DNA of 64,000 bases, taken from positions 394,134 through 458,133 of the forward strand of contig QPMI01000432.1 in assembly GCA_004431415.1 (NCBI GenBank), in the 5' to 3' direction. The notes beneath the pieces were generated by a model. It was not told the origin of the DNA. It was given only the letters and a program-made list of their open reading frames with translations, and did not search any database. The stretch's first letter is position 1. The number at the start of each line of letters is the position of its first letter. Origin of the DNA: Cyanophora paradoxa CCMP329. Lineage: Eukaryota > Plantae > Glaucophyta. Positions 23,389 to 35,900 of this stretch are shown in pieces. Made by a program: the position numbers and the translations under genes.

Positions 23389-25927
23389 TTAGGCCTCGTC
23401 TTCCGAGCTGCTTATGGCATATGCATGGCCATGGCCTTGATGCCGGGCGAACCGGGACACTGGGACGCAGTCGACGCATGCGCACACACCCCGCGCCTCC
23501 AGCCCCCGCAGCAGGCGCGGCCCCGCCGCCTCCGGATCCCCGTCGCCCGCAAGAATTCTGCAGAGAGTTGCATTGGTATCGGGAGGCAAAGGGGGGCGGG
23601 AGGGGTACGTGGGGGCGTACTTCTCGAGCTAGTCAGCGCCGCCCGGCCGAACGCCGCGCCACGTCAGCAAAAGCCTCTCCAGAGGCTCAGGGGGTCAGGC
23701 GGCACCGTACCCCGATGCAATCGTGGGCGACGAACTTCTGGAGGGCGGGAAGGGTGGCGACAAGGCCGAGGAGGCTGGCGGCGTCCGCTTCCTCGAACCA
23801 GCAGTCCCTTAGGGAGAGGGAGCGGAGTGCGGGGGCCGAGCCGGAGGCGCGCAGGGCTCCCAGCAGGCGCCCCGCGTCTTCCATAGAAGCCAGCGAGAGC
23901 TGCGGCGGATTTCAGGTCGGGTTGAGCGTGGAAGTTGGCGGATCGGAGATAGGCGCACCCTCTCGAGGCGGGCGCCGGCGGGGGAGGCGAGGGCGGCGGC
24001 CCACCAGCCGGATGGTGCGCGGAGGGCGCGGAGGGCGCGGAGGGCGGGGAAGGGTTCCCCGCCCCACGAGCCCTCGCAATCAGTCATCGCGGCGCTGCCG
24101 TCGTCTCAGCCGCACGGCCGGCGCAGGGAAAGGGGAGAAGAGGGGGGGAGAGTTGGGCGCGGGCGTGTACCCTTCCCCACACTGCGGGCCCCGCGACCGG
24201 GTCGACAGAAGGTCGAAGGGCGCGAGATCTAGAGGGGTACGACGGCACCTCGTCGTCGCGAACGATGGAGAGGGTCTCGAGGGCGGGAAGGCGGGCGAGG
24301 AGGTGGGCGAGGCGGGCGGGGCGGGGGGCGTCGGCCGCGCCGGCGGCCGCGGGGCACCGCGCGAGGGAGAGGGCGCGCAGGGCGGGGGGCGGGCCGGAGG
24401 CGTGCAGGGCCTCCAGGAGGCGCTCCGCGTCGTCCAGCGAATCTAAAGAAAGCTGGAGGGGGGGGGGGGGGGGGCTGTGAAAACGAGGGGGGAGGGGGGG
24501 GGGGGGGGGGGCGCCTCACCTCCTGAAGGGCGGCCCCCGCGGACGAGGCGAGGACGGCGACCCACCAGTCGGAGAGTGTGGAGGGCCCCTCGAGAGCGAG
24601 GGTGCGGAGGGCGGGGAAGGAGCCCTCGGGGGGCGGAGGGAGCTCGGGCCGCGCGGAAACCGGGTCAAAGGATCGGAGCACAAGGTCAGGCTCGATAGGG
24701 CCGGCAGGGCGGCGAGGGCCCGGGCCGAGTCCGGCGCGCCCGGCCCGGCGATCACTTCGTCTCCCAAGATGTAGAGGGTCGTGATGCTTGCGGCCGCCCC
24801 GCTCCGCTCCAGGCCGCCGAGGGCGACAGGGCGGGGCCGGGCTGTACGCATCGAAGGAGGCGCAGCTCGCGCAGGCCGGTTGAGGGGAACACGTCCCCCC
24901 AGCGGCCTGCCGCGCAGCGTGAGGGCGCGGGAGTGCGTGCGAGGGCGAAACGGGAGGCGCCACCGATTGAGGAGATTTCCGACAGCTCGAGGGTACGAAG
25001 CGACGAGGCGCAGCGCCGAACGATTGCGCCGACCAGAGCCGCGGCTTCCTCGCTGACAGAGTCGCTGTTCGAATTCGAGCTCCACGAATCGACCTGCGAA
25101 GCGGTTCTCTGCGAAGTGGGCGGGCGGGCGGGGCGGGCGCGGCGTGCCCGGAAGCTTAAGAGTTCCAGATTGGGGGCGCCGGCCGGGACGGCGGCGAGGG
25201 CGTCGGAGCAGGCGCGGAGCTCGCCCACGGCGGTGGGGAGGAGGGATAGGAGGCGTAGAGAGACAAGGAAAGGCCAGCAGGGGAGGGCCGCCAGGAAGCG
25301 GGCCCCGTGCTGGGCTTCGGCGCCTCCCACCACCGTCACCTCGCGGAGGTTGGTGAGGCGCGGGGCGCGCTCCGCGAGGAACGCGTCGACGCCGCCGGGG
25401 CGCCCCGCCAGCCAGCGCTCGACGCTTGGGTCCCAGCCAGCGGACTCGAAGAGCGCGAGCGGCCCGCCCGCCGCGTCGATCTCCGCCTTGAACCGCTTGC
25501 AGACGGCGCGGAGCCCGTAGGCGTTGCGCAGCGCCGCGGACCAACGCGTACGGCAGCTGTATGCATTAGCGGCTTCGTCCGCACGAAGCTGCCGCCGCCC
25601 AGCTCCGCGTGAGACCGGGCTCGTAAGCACAGCCGCGGCCGCGGGCGCGCGCCGACCTCGCGCGAGACGGCCCGCAGGATCTGCACGAGCAGCTCGTCGG
25701 CGAGCACAGCGAACCGCGAGGACTCGTCCTCGAGCTCCTGCGCGCACGATCGATTAGCGGCATGCATATGCTCACCCGCGGCCGGCCCTAGGCCTAGCAG
25801 GCCTCGCGCGGGCGCGCGAGAGCGCGCGCGCCCGCACCGCTGCCGCACGCTTCGAGTTCGCCGCGCCCTGGTCTTCGGCTCCGCTCGAGGCCGCGAGCTC
25901 GATGGCCCGCTTCCCGTTGCGCGCCAT
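23389..25927 (-). CDS. F-box / leucine-rich repeat protein
   Basis: F-box-like FAVLADELLVQILRAV...LRAVCKRF. LRRs PRLTNLREV, PNLELLS, FPALRTLAL, ALRSLSLRDC. A duplicated LRR module lies at ~23700-24100 vs ~24270-24620. Confidence 0.75.
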
Positions 25928-26319
25928 CCTCGCCTTAGCAAAACGCGCACGATATGCGTCGTCAGCTAAACCTCGTACATGTACATATGTTCGGCTCGCA
26001 GCCGGCCGACCAGCTGCTAGTCGCCTGGAGCTGCTAGGAGATCGCGGGTTCGACTCCCGGAACCCAGCAGACCAAGCAAGCTTCGGGGCTTAGCTACGCG
26101 CCCTCGGCTCTGCAGGGGGCGATCCACCCAGCAAGCTCTCGAAGGTGTTGTCCAGCGCGGCTTTTAGCGCTGCCTGCGTGTGCGGCGAGGGGCCACATGG
26201 CGGCAGGCGGTAGCGCGGCGGGTTCCAGCAGTTCAAGCAGATAGCCACCGTCTCAGCGCCGCCGTTGTACTCGGGCTAAGCGCTAGACGATTGAGGACTG
26301 AGTGCGGGGCCGAGCGGAG

Positions 26320-29300
26320 ATGTGGTTGCCGAGCGCAGCGCATGGGCAGCGCCCGCCGCCGTCTCCCTCGTCTTCGGCGAGCCCCGCCGCGCCGAAGACG
26401 ACCGAAGCCCCGGGGCGCATCAGGCCGAAGACGGCGGGGGCGCTGCGGCGGAGCCTCTCGGGCCCCAAGGTCTCGGACGACGCGCTCTCCTCCCAGCTGG
26501 AGCCGCACACGACGGACTTCCACATGGTGCGGAACGCCCACCAGCGCATCGTCGTCAGCAAGAAGCGCTGCCCGGTGCGCCTCCCCGCTCCGAAGGGAAG
26601 CGCTCCCCGCTCGTTCCGAGCGCGGCCTCGGCGGCAGGTGCACCTCCAGTTCGCGAACCTCTTCCGGAAGCGCTTCGAGGGCATCAAGAGCCTCGTGACG
26701 CGCAAGGGCAAGATCCGGCACCTCGACCCCCTCGGTGCGTGCAATTTGATCCGGCGGCCGCCGCGGGGCGGCGCGCGGCGCGTGGCCGCTGGGCGCCCCT
26801 CTCGCCTGACGGGCGGCGGCAGCGGCGCTCAACGAGGCGCAGGAATACTGCGTTCTCTTCGCGGAGGCCGCCGGCACTGTGCGGCCTGTACCCCGGCCCC
26901 CGCCCCCGCCCGCCCTCCCGCCCGCCCGCCTCACGCCCGGGCCCCGCCCGCAGCTCTCCATCCACTGGTGCGGGGGGCAGAGCCGTGGCCCCTGGGCATA
27001 GCCACCACAGCTAGACTCGCCTCGGGCTCCGGACCTCTGACCGCGCGCCCTCCTCGCCCCCGCCCCCGCCCCGGCGCAGCGGGGACATCGCGGACGTGGT
27101 CGCAGTGCTCTGGCAGCGCCTCATCGACCTCCTCGAGGTGCTCTCGCAGAGCTTCCTGAAGCATTCGCCGCTCTGAAGCGCGCCCCTCGCGCCGCCAGGT
27201 CGCCGCGACCTCCCTCGCCGACGAGCGCGAGTCCCGTGCGTCTAATTCGAAGCCTTCTCTCCTTCCCGCGCCTTCGCCCACCGCCTCGGCCCGCGGGCAG
27301 TGCGGGGGCGGGTGGCGGAGGCGCACAAGGCGGTCCTCAAGGAGCTCAAGGAGCAGGAGACCCTGCGCGCCTCCTGCCGCCAGTGCGCCCCGCCCCGTCC
27401 CCGCACCCGCCCCGCTCCGCCCCGCCAGCGAGGGCGTGCGCCCCTGCCCCCGGCTCCTAGCGCCTCCCTTCGCCTAGCCCTCGGTCTAAATGCTGCAGCC
27501 GAGGGCGGAAAGCCGACCTCCCCCCGCAGGCTGCAGGAGCAGCTGCGGATGCTGGACGAGGGGGCGCGGGTGCGGCAGGAGGAGGTGCGGCGCATGGCGG
27601 AGGAGGAGAAGCGGCGCGCCCGCTCCCTCCAGCAGGCCCGCGACGCCGCCGCCGCCGCCCAGCGCCGCGTGCGCCCGCGTACCCCTCCTCCCTCCCGCCC
27701 CCTCCGCCTCCTCCTTTCGATCTGGATGGAGCAGGAGGGCCGGCTGCTGGGGACGCTGGGGGCCCAGCAGGCCCTCATCGTCAAGCTGCGCGCCGTCATC
27801 GACGAAGCGGGTGCCCACGCCACGCCACGCCACGCCGCGCCCTCCACCCCATCTTCTTCGAGGCTCTTTTAACGCCCACCCCTCCTCAGGCGTGAGCACG
27901 GAGGCGCTGGGGCCGATCGCGGCGCTGATGGGCCCCCTGGGGGCCGGGGATCACTCTGAGGGGGAGGAGGGGGAGGGCGCCGCCCCGCCCCGCTCCCCCG
28001 CCGCCGTCGCCGCTGAAGGTGCTTGCCTGCTCTTTCTTTGGCTCTCTTCGGATCCGGGGCGACTACTCGTGTGCGGCACCGCGGCCCAATGCGGTCCCTC
28101 GCGGGGGGGGGAGCCGCGACCGCACGCACGCTGCGCTCTCGGCCGTCCCTCACGCTCACTCGTTCACCCGCTCGCTGGGTGTGGGCAGAGCACGCGGCGA
28201 TGCGGCGGAGCGCGACCGAGCTCGAGGGCCTCCTCTCCCGCATGGCCAAAGGTCCGCCCGGGACCCCGTCCCCGCCCGGGACGTCGACCCCGCCCCTTCC
28301 TGGGGCTCTAAGCTCTGCGCTTCTGCTGATCGGAAGAGCAGAGCGGAAGGCGCGGGCGAAGGTGCTGGCGCGGGCGGGGGACCTGGTCAGCGCCACCGCC
28401 GCCATCGAGGTGAGGGGGATCGCGCTGCCCGGGGCAGAGACCGGGCGAGCCAGCTAAGCCTAGGCGACGCATAAGCCCCGGCCTTCCTTCTGTACCTTCT
28501 TCGTTCTGAGGCGGGGGCGGGGCGGCAGGCGGGGATCGCGCGGGAGGCGCGGGCGCGGACGCGGGCGGAGCTCTCGCACGCGGCCGCCGACGTCGTCCTC
28601 GAGCGCGCCCGCCGCCACCTCTTCGCCGAGGGAGGGGCGGGGGCCGGGGCCGGGGCGGAGGCCGGGCGGTGCGCGCCGCCCCCGGGCCGTCCGTCCGAGA
28701 TGTTTCCGAGGGGAGGAGGAGGGGGAGGGGGCGGGCTCCTCCCGCCGGGGTACCGCGTCGACCCGCGCCTCATGTTCGACATGCCCCGACGGAGGCCGAG
28801 GCGGAGGCGGCAGCGGCGGCCGCGGGTCCGCCCGAGGGCGGCGGCGGCGGGCCGCCGGGCGGCCCAGCTGCGGGTGCCCCAGGCGCACTTCCTCCGTCTC
28901 CGTCTCCGTCTCCGTCTCCGTCTCCGGCGCCGGGGCCGGCGGGGGCGGGGCGGGGCGGCCGCGCCAGCCAAGTCTTGGCGCTACTGGAAGCCCGCGGCGC
29001 GCCTCCGGCGGGCGGCCGGCGCCGCCGCCGGGCGCGGTCCCGTGCGCTCCCCTAGTCCTAGTCCTAGGCCTAAGCCTGCCCTGCTCCCCCTCTGATCCGC
29101 TGCAGCTGCGGGAGGTACCCGGGGAGCTGGGCGAGTGGACGCCCCGGGGTACGCGGCGGGCTGGCGAGCCGGCCCGCGCGCCCTCCGAGGAGCCCCTCGT
29201 CGTGGGCGGGCCGGGGGGGTACGACGAGGATGAGGAGGAGGAGGAGGACGCGGTGAGCGATGCGTTCCTGCGGGCCCCCGCCCGCTCCGGTGCGTTCTTC

Positions 29301-32300
29301 CCTCCCCTTCCCCCCCCCCCCCCCCCCCCGCCCCCCCCCCCTCCCCCTTCTGCTCGGCCTGACCTCAGTCGACTCCAGCGACGCCCTCGAGGGGCGGCGG
29401 CTCCCGCCGCGGGAGCGCCGCGACGGGGCCCCTGCACGCCCTCACGGGCACCGCGCCGGCCTCGCTCGCGCGCGCCGCTTCGCCCTCACCCTCTCCCTCG
29501 CGCGGGGGTGGCTCGGGGGCCGGCCTCTCGACCCTCTCGAGCTTCATGCGCGTGCCCAACGCGAGCTTCAAGGTGGGCAGGAGGGCCGCCCCAGAGACGG
29601 GCCGCCCCGCCCTCCTCACCTCGTCTCGCCTCGCCCCCGCCTCAGATGCGCAAGCCGAGCGACAGCGGCCTCCTCCTCGGCCGCGGGGCCGCCTCGCCCC
29701 CAGACGCCGCCCAGCCCCGCCCGCCCCCTCCCAGCTCGTGCGCCGAAGCCGAAAAAGCCGAAACCACCGCCCCGCCCCTCTCATCCTCTCACTCCTGCCT
29801 GCGGCAGGCCGCACCGGCGGGGCGGGGGCGGCGGAGAGTCGAGCCGCGAGCTGGGCGCCGGCCCGCCCTCCCCACTGCCCTCGCCCTCTCCCTCGCGCAT
29901 CGCGCCGCCCTCCCCGCTCCAGTCGTCCCTCCTCAGCCCCGCCGCCGTGCGCCCGTACCGCGCCCCCTCCCCTCCCGCCCCTCCCTCTCTCCCTCACTTG
30001 CTCGCTCGCTCCGCGGCAGGTCCCGCTGCTCTCTTCCTCGGGGCCGCGGCGGATGCAGGCGGGCTCCCCCGTGGGCGACCCGCAGCAAAGGCACCGCGGG
30101 CCCGGAGCCGCCGCTGCGGCGCCGCTGAACGCGGGGGCCGCCTGGTGGGACGAGGGGGGAGGCCCCGGCGGGGACGGGGGCGGGAGCGACTGGGGCTCTC
30201 AGGCAGGCTCGGATGGCGGCGGGGGCGGGGGCGGGGGCGGGGCGTGGGGCGGCCCGGCCCCCCTGGACCTCTCCCTCGAAGCTCTGGACGAGTGGGAGGC
30301 CCGACGCCCCGCCCCGCACCTGCACCCGCACGCCCACGCGCACGTACCCCCCCAAGAAGGGGAGGGCTCCGAAGAAGAAGAAGGCGACTCCGACAGCGAC
30401 CGTGCGTGCCCCTGCCCCCCCTCCTCTCCCACTCCTTCCTCACTCACCCCCGGGCAGGGGCCGACGTCGTGCGGGGGGCGGTGGAGGCGGCGGCGGCGCG
30501 GGCGCCCCTGCCCGGCCTCGACGCCACGCTCCGCCTCTGCACGCGCGCCCTGATCGCCATGGCCGCCGAGGGGCCCGCCCCCCGCGCCTTCTGGGAGGAG
30601 AGAGGGGTAGGCGAGGCGGCCCTGGGGAGCGGGGCGCCCCCGGGTATGGCCGCGTTCCTCGTGGACTTCTTCGTACCCCTCTGGGGCACCCTCGGGGCGG
30701 CCCGGGAGCGGGCGCTCGAGCTGCTCTCTGCGGCGCGGCGCTGGGCGGGGGCGCACCCCCGCATCGCCGCCTTCGCGCTCCTCGCCGGGGTCGACCCCGC
30801 TCGGTGCCCTTTTCCCCTTCTTCCTCCTCCTTCTGCTCCTCCTCGCCTCCTCAAGCTCTCTCTTCTTCTTCTTCGTTCGCAGGCGGCCGGCCCCGGGCCC
30901 CGAGGCCCTTGCCGCGTACCTGTGCGTACCCCTCCCCAATTCTCCCCCTCCCCCTCTCCGCCCTTGAGCTTACAACTCCCCCCCCCCCTCCCCCCCGCTC
31001 GCAGGGCGGCCCTGCCGGCCCTCATCGAGCCCTACAGCAACCCGCTCCGCCCGCCCGCCCCTGCCGCCGCCTCCGCCCCCACCGGCGCGCGGACCGCCGC
31101 GGGCCCCGCTCCCGTGCGCCCCGCCCCTCTTCGCCGACGAGCCGTGACTCACGCGCGGCTTCCAGGTACCCCTCGAGGACGCGGAGGACCTGTGGGGCCG
31201 CATCTTCCCCCCCGGCTCCGGCCTCGTGCGATACCCCCCTTTCCTTTCCCATACCCCTACTCTTCGGACCTTAACGCGCCGCAGACGCTCCGGGGCGCCT
31301 GGCGCACGCGCGGGCGGCGGCCGCGCCCCGGCGCGAGTCGCGGAGCCCGTCGATCCTCGCCCCGCGCTGCCGGCCTCGCCGCCGCACCACCCGCCCTCCG
31401 GGGCCCTCGGCGTCCCCCCTCCCCCACGGGCACGGGTACAGGCGAGGAGGAGGTGGGCGTGGACGCGCTGCTCGAGGCGGTCGTGGCCGAGGCGGCGGAG
31501 CGGGCGGCCGGCGCCCGCCGCCGCCTCGCCGCTGCCTTCGAGGAGGGCCCGGAGGCCCCGCAGGACGGGTACGGCGATTTCGCGGCGCGGCTGCGGAGCG
31601 CCGCCCGCGGCTGCCGGAGACGCGCGCCGCCGCCCTCTACCGCGCGGCCCTCGCGCGCACCTCCTCCGATCGCGACGATCGCGACGATCGCGAGCCGGGG
31701 TACGGGGTCCACCCCGAGCGGCCGCACCCGGCCGCCTGCGCCGCCGCCGTCCTCGCCGCCGCCCCCCTCGAGCCCTTCTTGGCCCCCGAGGTCCTCCTCC
31801 CCCCGACCGGCCCCCTCCGCCCTTCTTCCCCCGCCCCCGCCCCCGCCTCGCCCGCCGCCTGGCGCCCCGGCCGCCTCCGCCCCGCCGCCGACTCCCCCGC
31901 CTTCGACGTGGTGCGCCGTACCCCCCTCGGAGCGCCGTACCCCCTGCCGGGAGCGAGCCGTACCCCCGCAGGGCTGGAGCGTGCCGCTGGAGGACGGACT
32001 CTCGCGAATCCTCTACCCGTGCCTCGACGCCGCGTGCGCCCCCAACGTCCCTCTGGCTTAAGCTTAGGCTTCTTCTTTCTTTCGGTCGCTCACGCTTCGA
32101 AGGCTGCGGGCGATGGTCGGGGGCCGCGGGGCGGCGCAGCGGGGCCCCGCGCTGGAGGAGGCGCGGGGCCGGCTGCAGAGGGCGCTCGAGGAGGGGCGCT
32201 GCGAGCTGGCGGCCCTGTACGCCCGCGAGCTCGCCCGCGAGCTCGAGCTCGGGGCGGGGCGGCCCGCCGCCGGCCCCGGCGCCCCGCCCTGACAGCGCTA

Positions 32301-32337
32301 GCGCTGAAGCGTTCCCGTCAACGCGATATGATGAACG
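26320..32337 (+). CDS. Large coiled-coil protein, C-terminal part reminiscent of TSNAXIP1-like ciliary proteins (may be more than one gene)
   Basis: Coiled-coil exons (LQEQLRMLDEGARVRQEEVRRMAEEEKRR) and motif AFLVDFFVPLWGTLGAARERALELLSAARRWAGAHPRIAAFALLAG. Exon model uncertain. Confidence 0.45.
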
Positions 32338-32909
32338 AGATTGGACTTGGGCTCACTTAGCTACTCATGATCAGTGACTTCGAACTCTGATGCTCCATTG
32401 GCCATGGAGGGTTGCCACTGCTTGCCAGCACTAGATGCCAGGCTGCAGGCTGGCCTGCTAGGCTGGGCTCCTAATTGAGTCGGAACGTCGAATCCGGGGG
32501 TTGCAAGTTGATCACATCACTCAATGAATGAGTGAATTCGAATCAGTGAATTCGAGTCCTGCCCGGGACCGACCGTCGGACGCCCTTAAGCTGTCACCCC
32601 GAGTCTGATTTATCGATGCTGGCCGACTCGACCACTGGACTTCGAATTCAAGATCTCGATCTTGCAAGCCACGGGGGCCGCCTCATGATCAGGACTTTCA
32701 ATCGGTCCCCAATGGGCCCCCAATTAACACGTGCGCACGTACGCACGTACGTAACTCTAGATCTCCCTCCTTTCCGCCCTAAGCTCTCTCTGGTATCCAT
32801 TTTTCCTGAAAAGGGCATCCAAAAATGATTCCGAAGCCCCATTAATATTCTTTGCATGCATCCCACGCGCTGAGAGTATATTGCATGCTTTGCGCCCCCT
32901 GGGCGGCGG

Positions 32910-35900
32910 CTACATAACCGTGCAAGCCTTGGAGCCCGAGGGCGCCGGTCGAGGAATCGAGGGAGCGGTGATCATGACGGGCACGGGGGCGCGCGGGGGT
33001 GCACGTGCACCCCGGGCCGCCTCGCTCGCTCTCCGCTCCCGGACCCGGGCCTCCAGCTGGGGGATGCGGGTCAGGCCGCCGGCGCGGGTCGAATGTCATG
33101 ATCACGGGGCGGGCGCGCCTGCTCATTCCGCCGCCTCCTCTCCGCGAGGTCGTGCTCCAGATCCAGCTGTTCGTCTTCGGAGGGGCTTCGGGCCGCCTCC
33201 GCAGGCGCGGCCACCGACGGGGGCGGGGGCGGCGCCGCGCCGGCCGCGAGGCCCGGGACCGAGGCAAAGAGCCGATCGAGGTTCTGCGGCTCAATTGACT
33301 CGCGGCAGGTCCCTTGTCGGACGGACCCCGGGTGGGGGGGTGGGGGGTGGGGGGGGGTGGGGGTGGGGGGGTGGGGGTGGGGGGGGGGGGGGGGGGGCCG
33401 GGGTCGCACGGCGAGAAGGGCCACGTTTCCGGCCGTGACGAAAGAGAAGGGTACGGACCCGCGGGGCAGGTCCTCGGGGGCCTGGGGGTACAGGGATCGT
33501 GGCGGAAGGGCGGAGGTGCGCAGGGACGGCGCACGGGGAACTCGGAGGGAAGGATGGGGAGGATGGGGCGCTTGTTGAGCTCGACGAGCTGCAGGGAGCA
33601 GCGTGGGGGGGCGGCGCGGGGGCGAGGCGAGAAGGGGGGTACGGGTACCTGGACGCGGTCCCGGAGGAGGGGGTCCCCGATGGAGTCGGGCGAGAGGAGG
33701 GGCAGGAAGGCGGCGCAGCGGACCTGCACGCGGGCCGGGGCTAGCGAAGGGCGCGCGAAGGAGCGGGAGGGGCCTCGTCCGCACCGCCGCGCGGGCGCCA
33801 AGGTCGGAGGGTCCGGGGCCGGCGGGGGCGTCTTGCATTTGGGAGTGGGCCCCCTGCGCCCGCTCAGCGGCGGTCGCCCGGGCGGTGCGGCGCGGAGGGG
33901 GGGATACCGAGCACTCGGTCCAGCAGCGCACGCGGCGCCGGGAGAGGGCGCGCACGACGCGCGCGGCGGCCGCCGCGTCCTGCGGCGGGTCGATGGGGCC
34001 GGGTGGAAGCAGAGGGCGGGCGCGGGCGCCGAGGCTCGGACCGCAGCGCAGCACCAGAGGAAGACGAAGGGCCCCTCCGCGTCGGAGTCCACGTCGCACC
34101 TGGGCGCGGCCTCGGCGGCTGCTCGCGGGGCCGGCGGGATTCGAACCGGGACTCGGGGAGGGCGGCCAGCTGCTCGGCGGCGGCGGAGGCGGCGGCGCCG
34201 CCGCCCGAGGCCGCAACTCCCACCTGCGGCGAGTTGGGAGGGGGCGGCGAGGGGCTGGGGCCAGCCGGCGCGGGCCTTCTGAGCCACTGTGAGGGCGAAG
34301 GCGGGGAGGCCAGAGGCGAGCAGCTCGGGGGTCGAGAAGTCAGCTGCACTCGGTAAGCTTGGCACGAATGTGAGGCGCGCGGCCGGAGGCCCGGGGGTAC
34401 ACGCACCGAACTGTTGCTTGAGGAGGAACCCCTGCGCATGCGCGGGCTCGCGTGAGGGCAGCTCGGGCCGCGCGGAGAGGCGCCAGCGCGCGCCTGAAGC
34501 TCGTCATCCAGCTCCGCGCGCTCGCGCCAGACAGGCAGCAAGACCCTGCGCATGCGCGCCCTAGGCCTCAGCACGGGCCGGCTTGAGGCGGCGGCGCCGG
34601 CGCACCTCCCGAGGGCGCGGGCGGCCGAGAGCTCCGATCGGCAGCGCTCCGACGAGCACGAGGCTCGTGACGCGACGAACACCACCGCGCCGACGCGCTT
34701 GAGGTGCTCGGATCCGGACGGCTGCCGCAGAGAAGCGCGTGAGCATGAGCAGGCCGCGGCGGGTTAGAGGAGGGGTACGTATACGTCTCACCGCAGCGTT
34801 CCCCGTCTCCCCCTCGGATCCCCTCATCAGGCACTGCCGGCGCTCCTCTGGGTACGGCCGGCCAAGAGGGAAGAGGAGGGGTACCGTGACGTGGGCGGCC
34901 TCGAGCCCGTCGCGGAGCTTCGCGGCGAACTCGGCCTCCCCCCCCGCATCCCCGTGGCTGGCCCCCTCTCAAGGACGGAACGGCTGCTCCGAAAGGACGG
35001 AAGGGCACCAGATGTAAGTGTCGCGGAAGCCCGAGGCGCGCTTGAGGGCGGCCCGAAAGGCCACGTCGCGGTGTGCCTGAAGGACAGTTCGGCGGGCGGT
35101 CCCCTCGCCAACCCATCGGCCCGCGTCCGCCCCTGCGGAAGCGGCTGCAGGCGGCAACGGATGAACACAGACAGCCAGTACACGGCGTACCCCTGGCGAT
35201 GAGGGCCGCGCAGGCGTCGAGCATCTCTGGGCCGAAGGCGACGGCGTGGTAGAGGGGGGTACGGCCCTCTGCGTCCGCCTCGCTGCGGGTGCGATTGCTG
35301 TGAGCTCGAGGCGGAGAGGGTCGGGTCGGGGCGGGGCGGAGGGGAGGGCACTCGATGGCGGAGGGCGGGGCCGAGGCGGCGAATCGCACGGCGGTCAGGC
35401 GGAGGCCGAGGCGGCACGCCTGCGCGAGCCGGCTCAGGGGCGGCTCCCGCCTACGAAACTCGACGCGACGGCGCCAGGGGAAAGGGATCATATGACTCGC
35501 CTCGCGCAGGGGGAACGCCTCATCGACGGGCCCGGGGTCGCCCTCGTCGTCGGCGCCAGCGTCCTTGCGACCTTGCACCCGTCTCTGCATGAGGAAGAGG
35601 GCCTCCGCCGCTTGGTAGAGTTCTGAGACGGGGCTCTGGAGGTTGCCCGTCGCATTCGCGGGCTGGAGCATGCTCGAGAACCGAACGTCGACGCCCTCGC
35701 TCAAGGCGAGGTCCAGGCACAGTCTGCAGAAGCAGGTGCACATGTCAGGAAGGGAAATTAAAGACTGCGCCCGCGAATTAGAAGCGGATCGCACCTGAAG
35801 TACTGCAGGAGGGCAGTCGACGTCGGGCTCTTCATGGCATCCATGTAAGCGAAGTTCACCGTCGTCTGGACCCTGCACCAGCCTCATGATCAGGAGCCCC

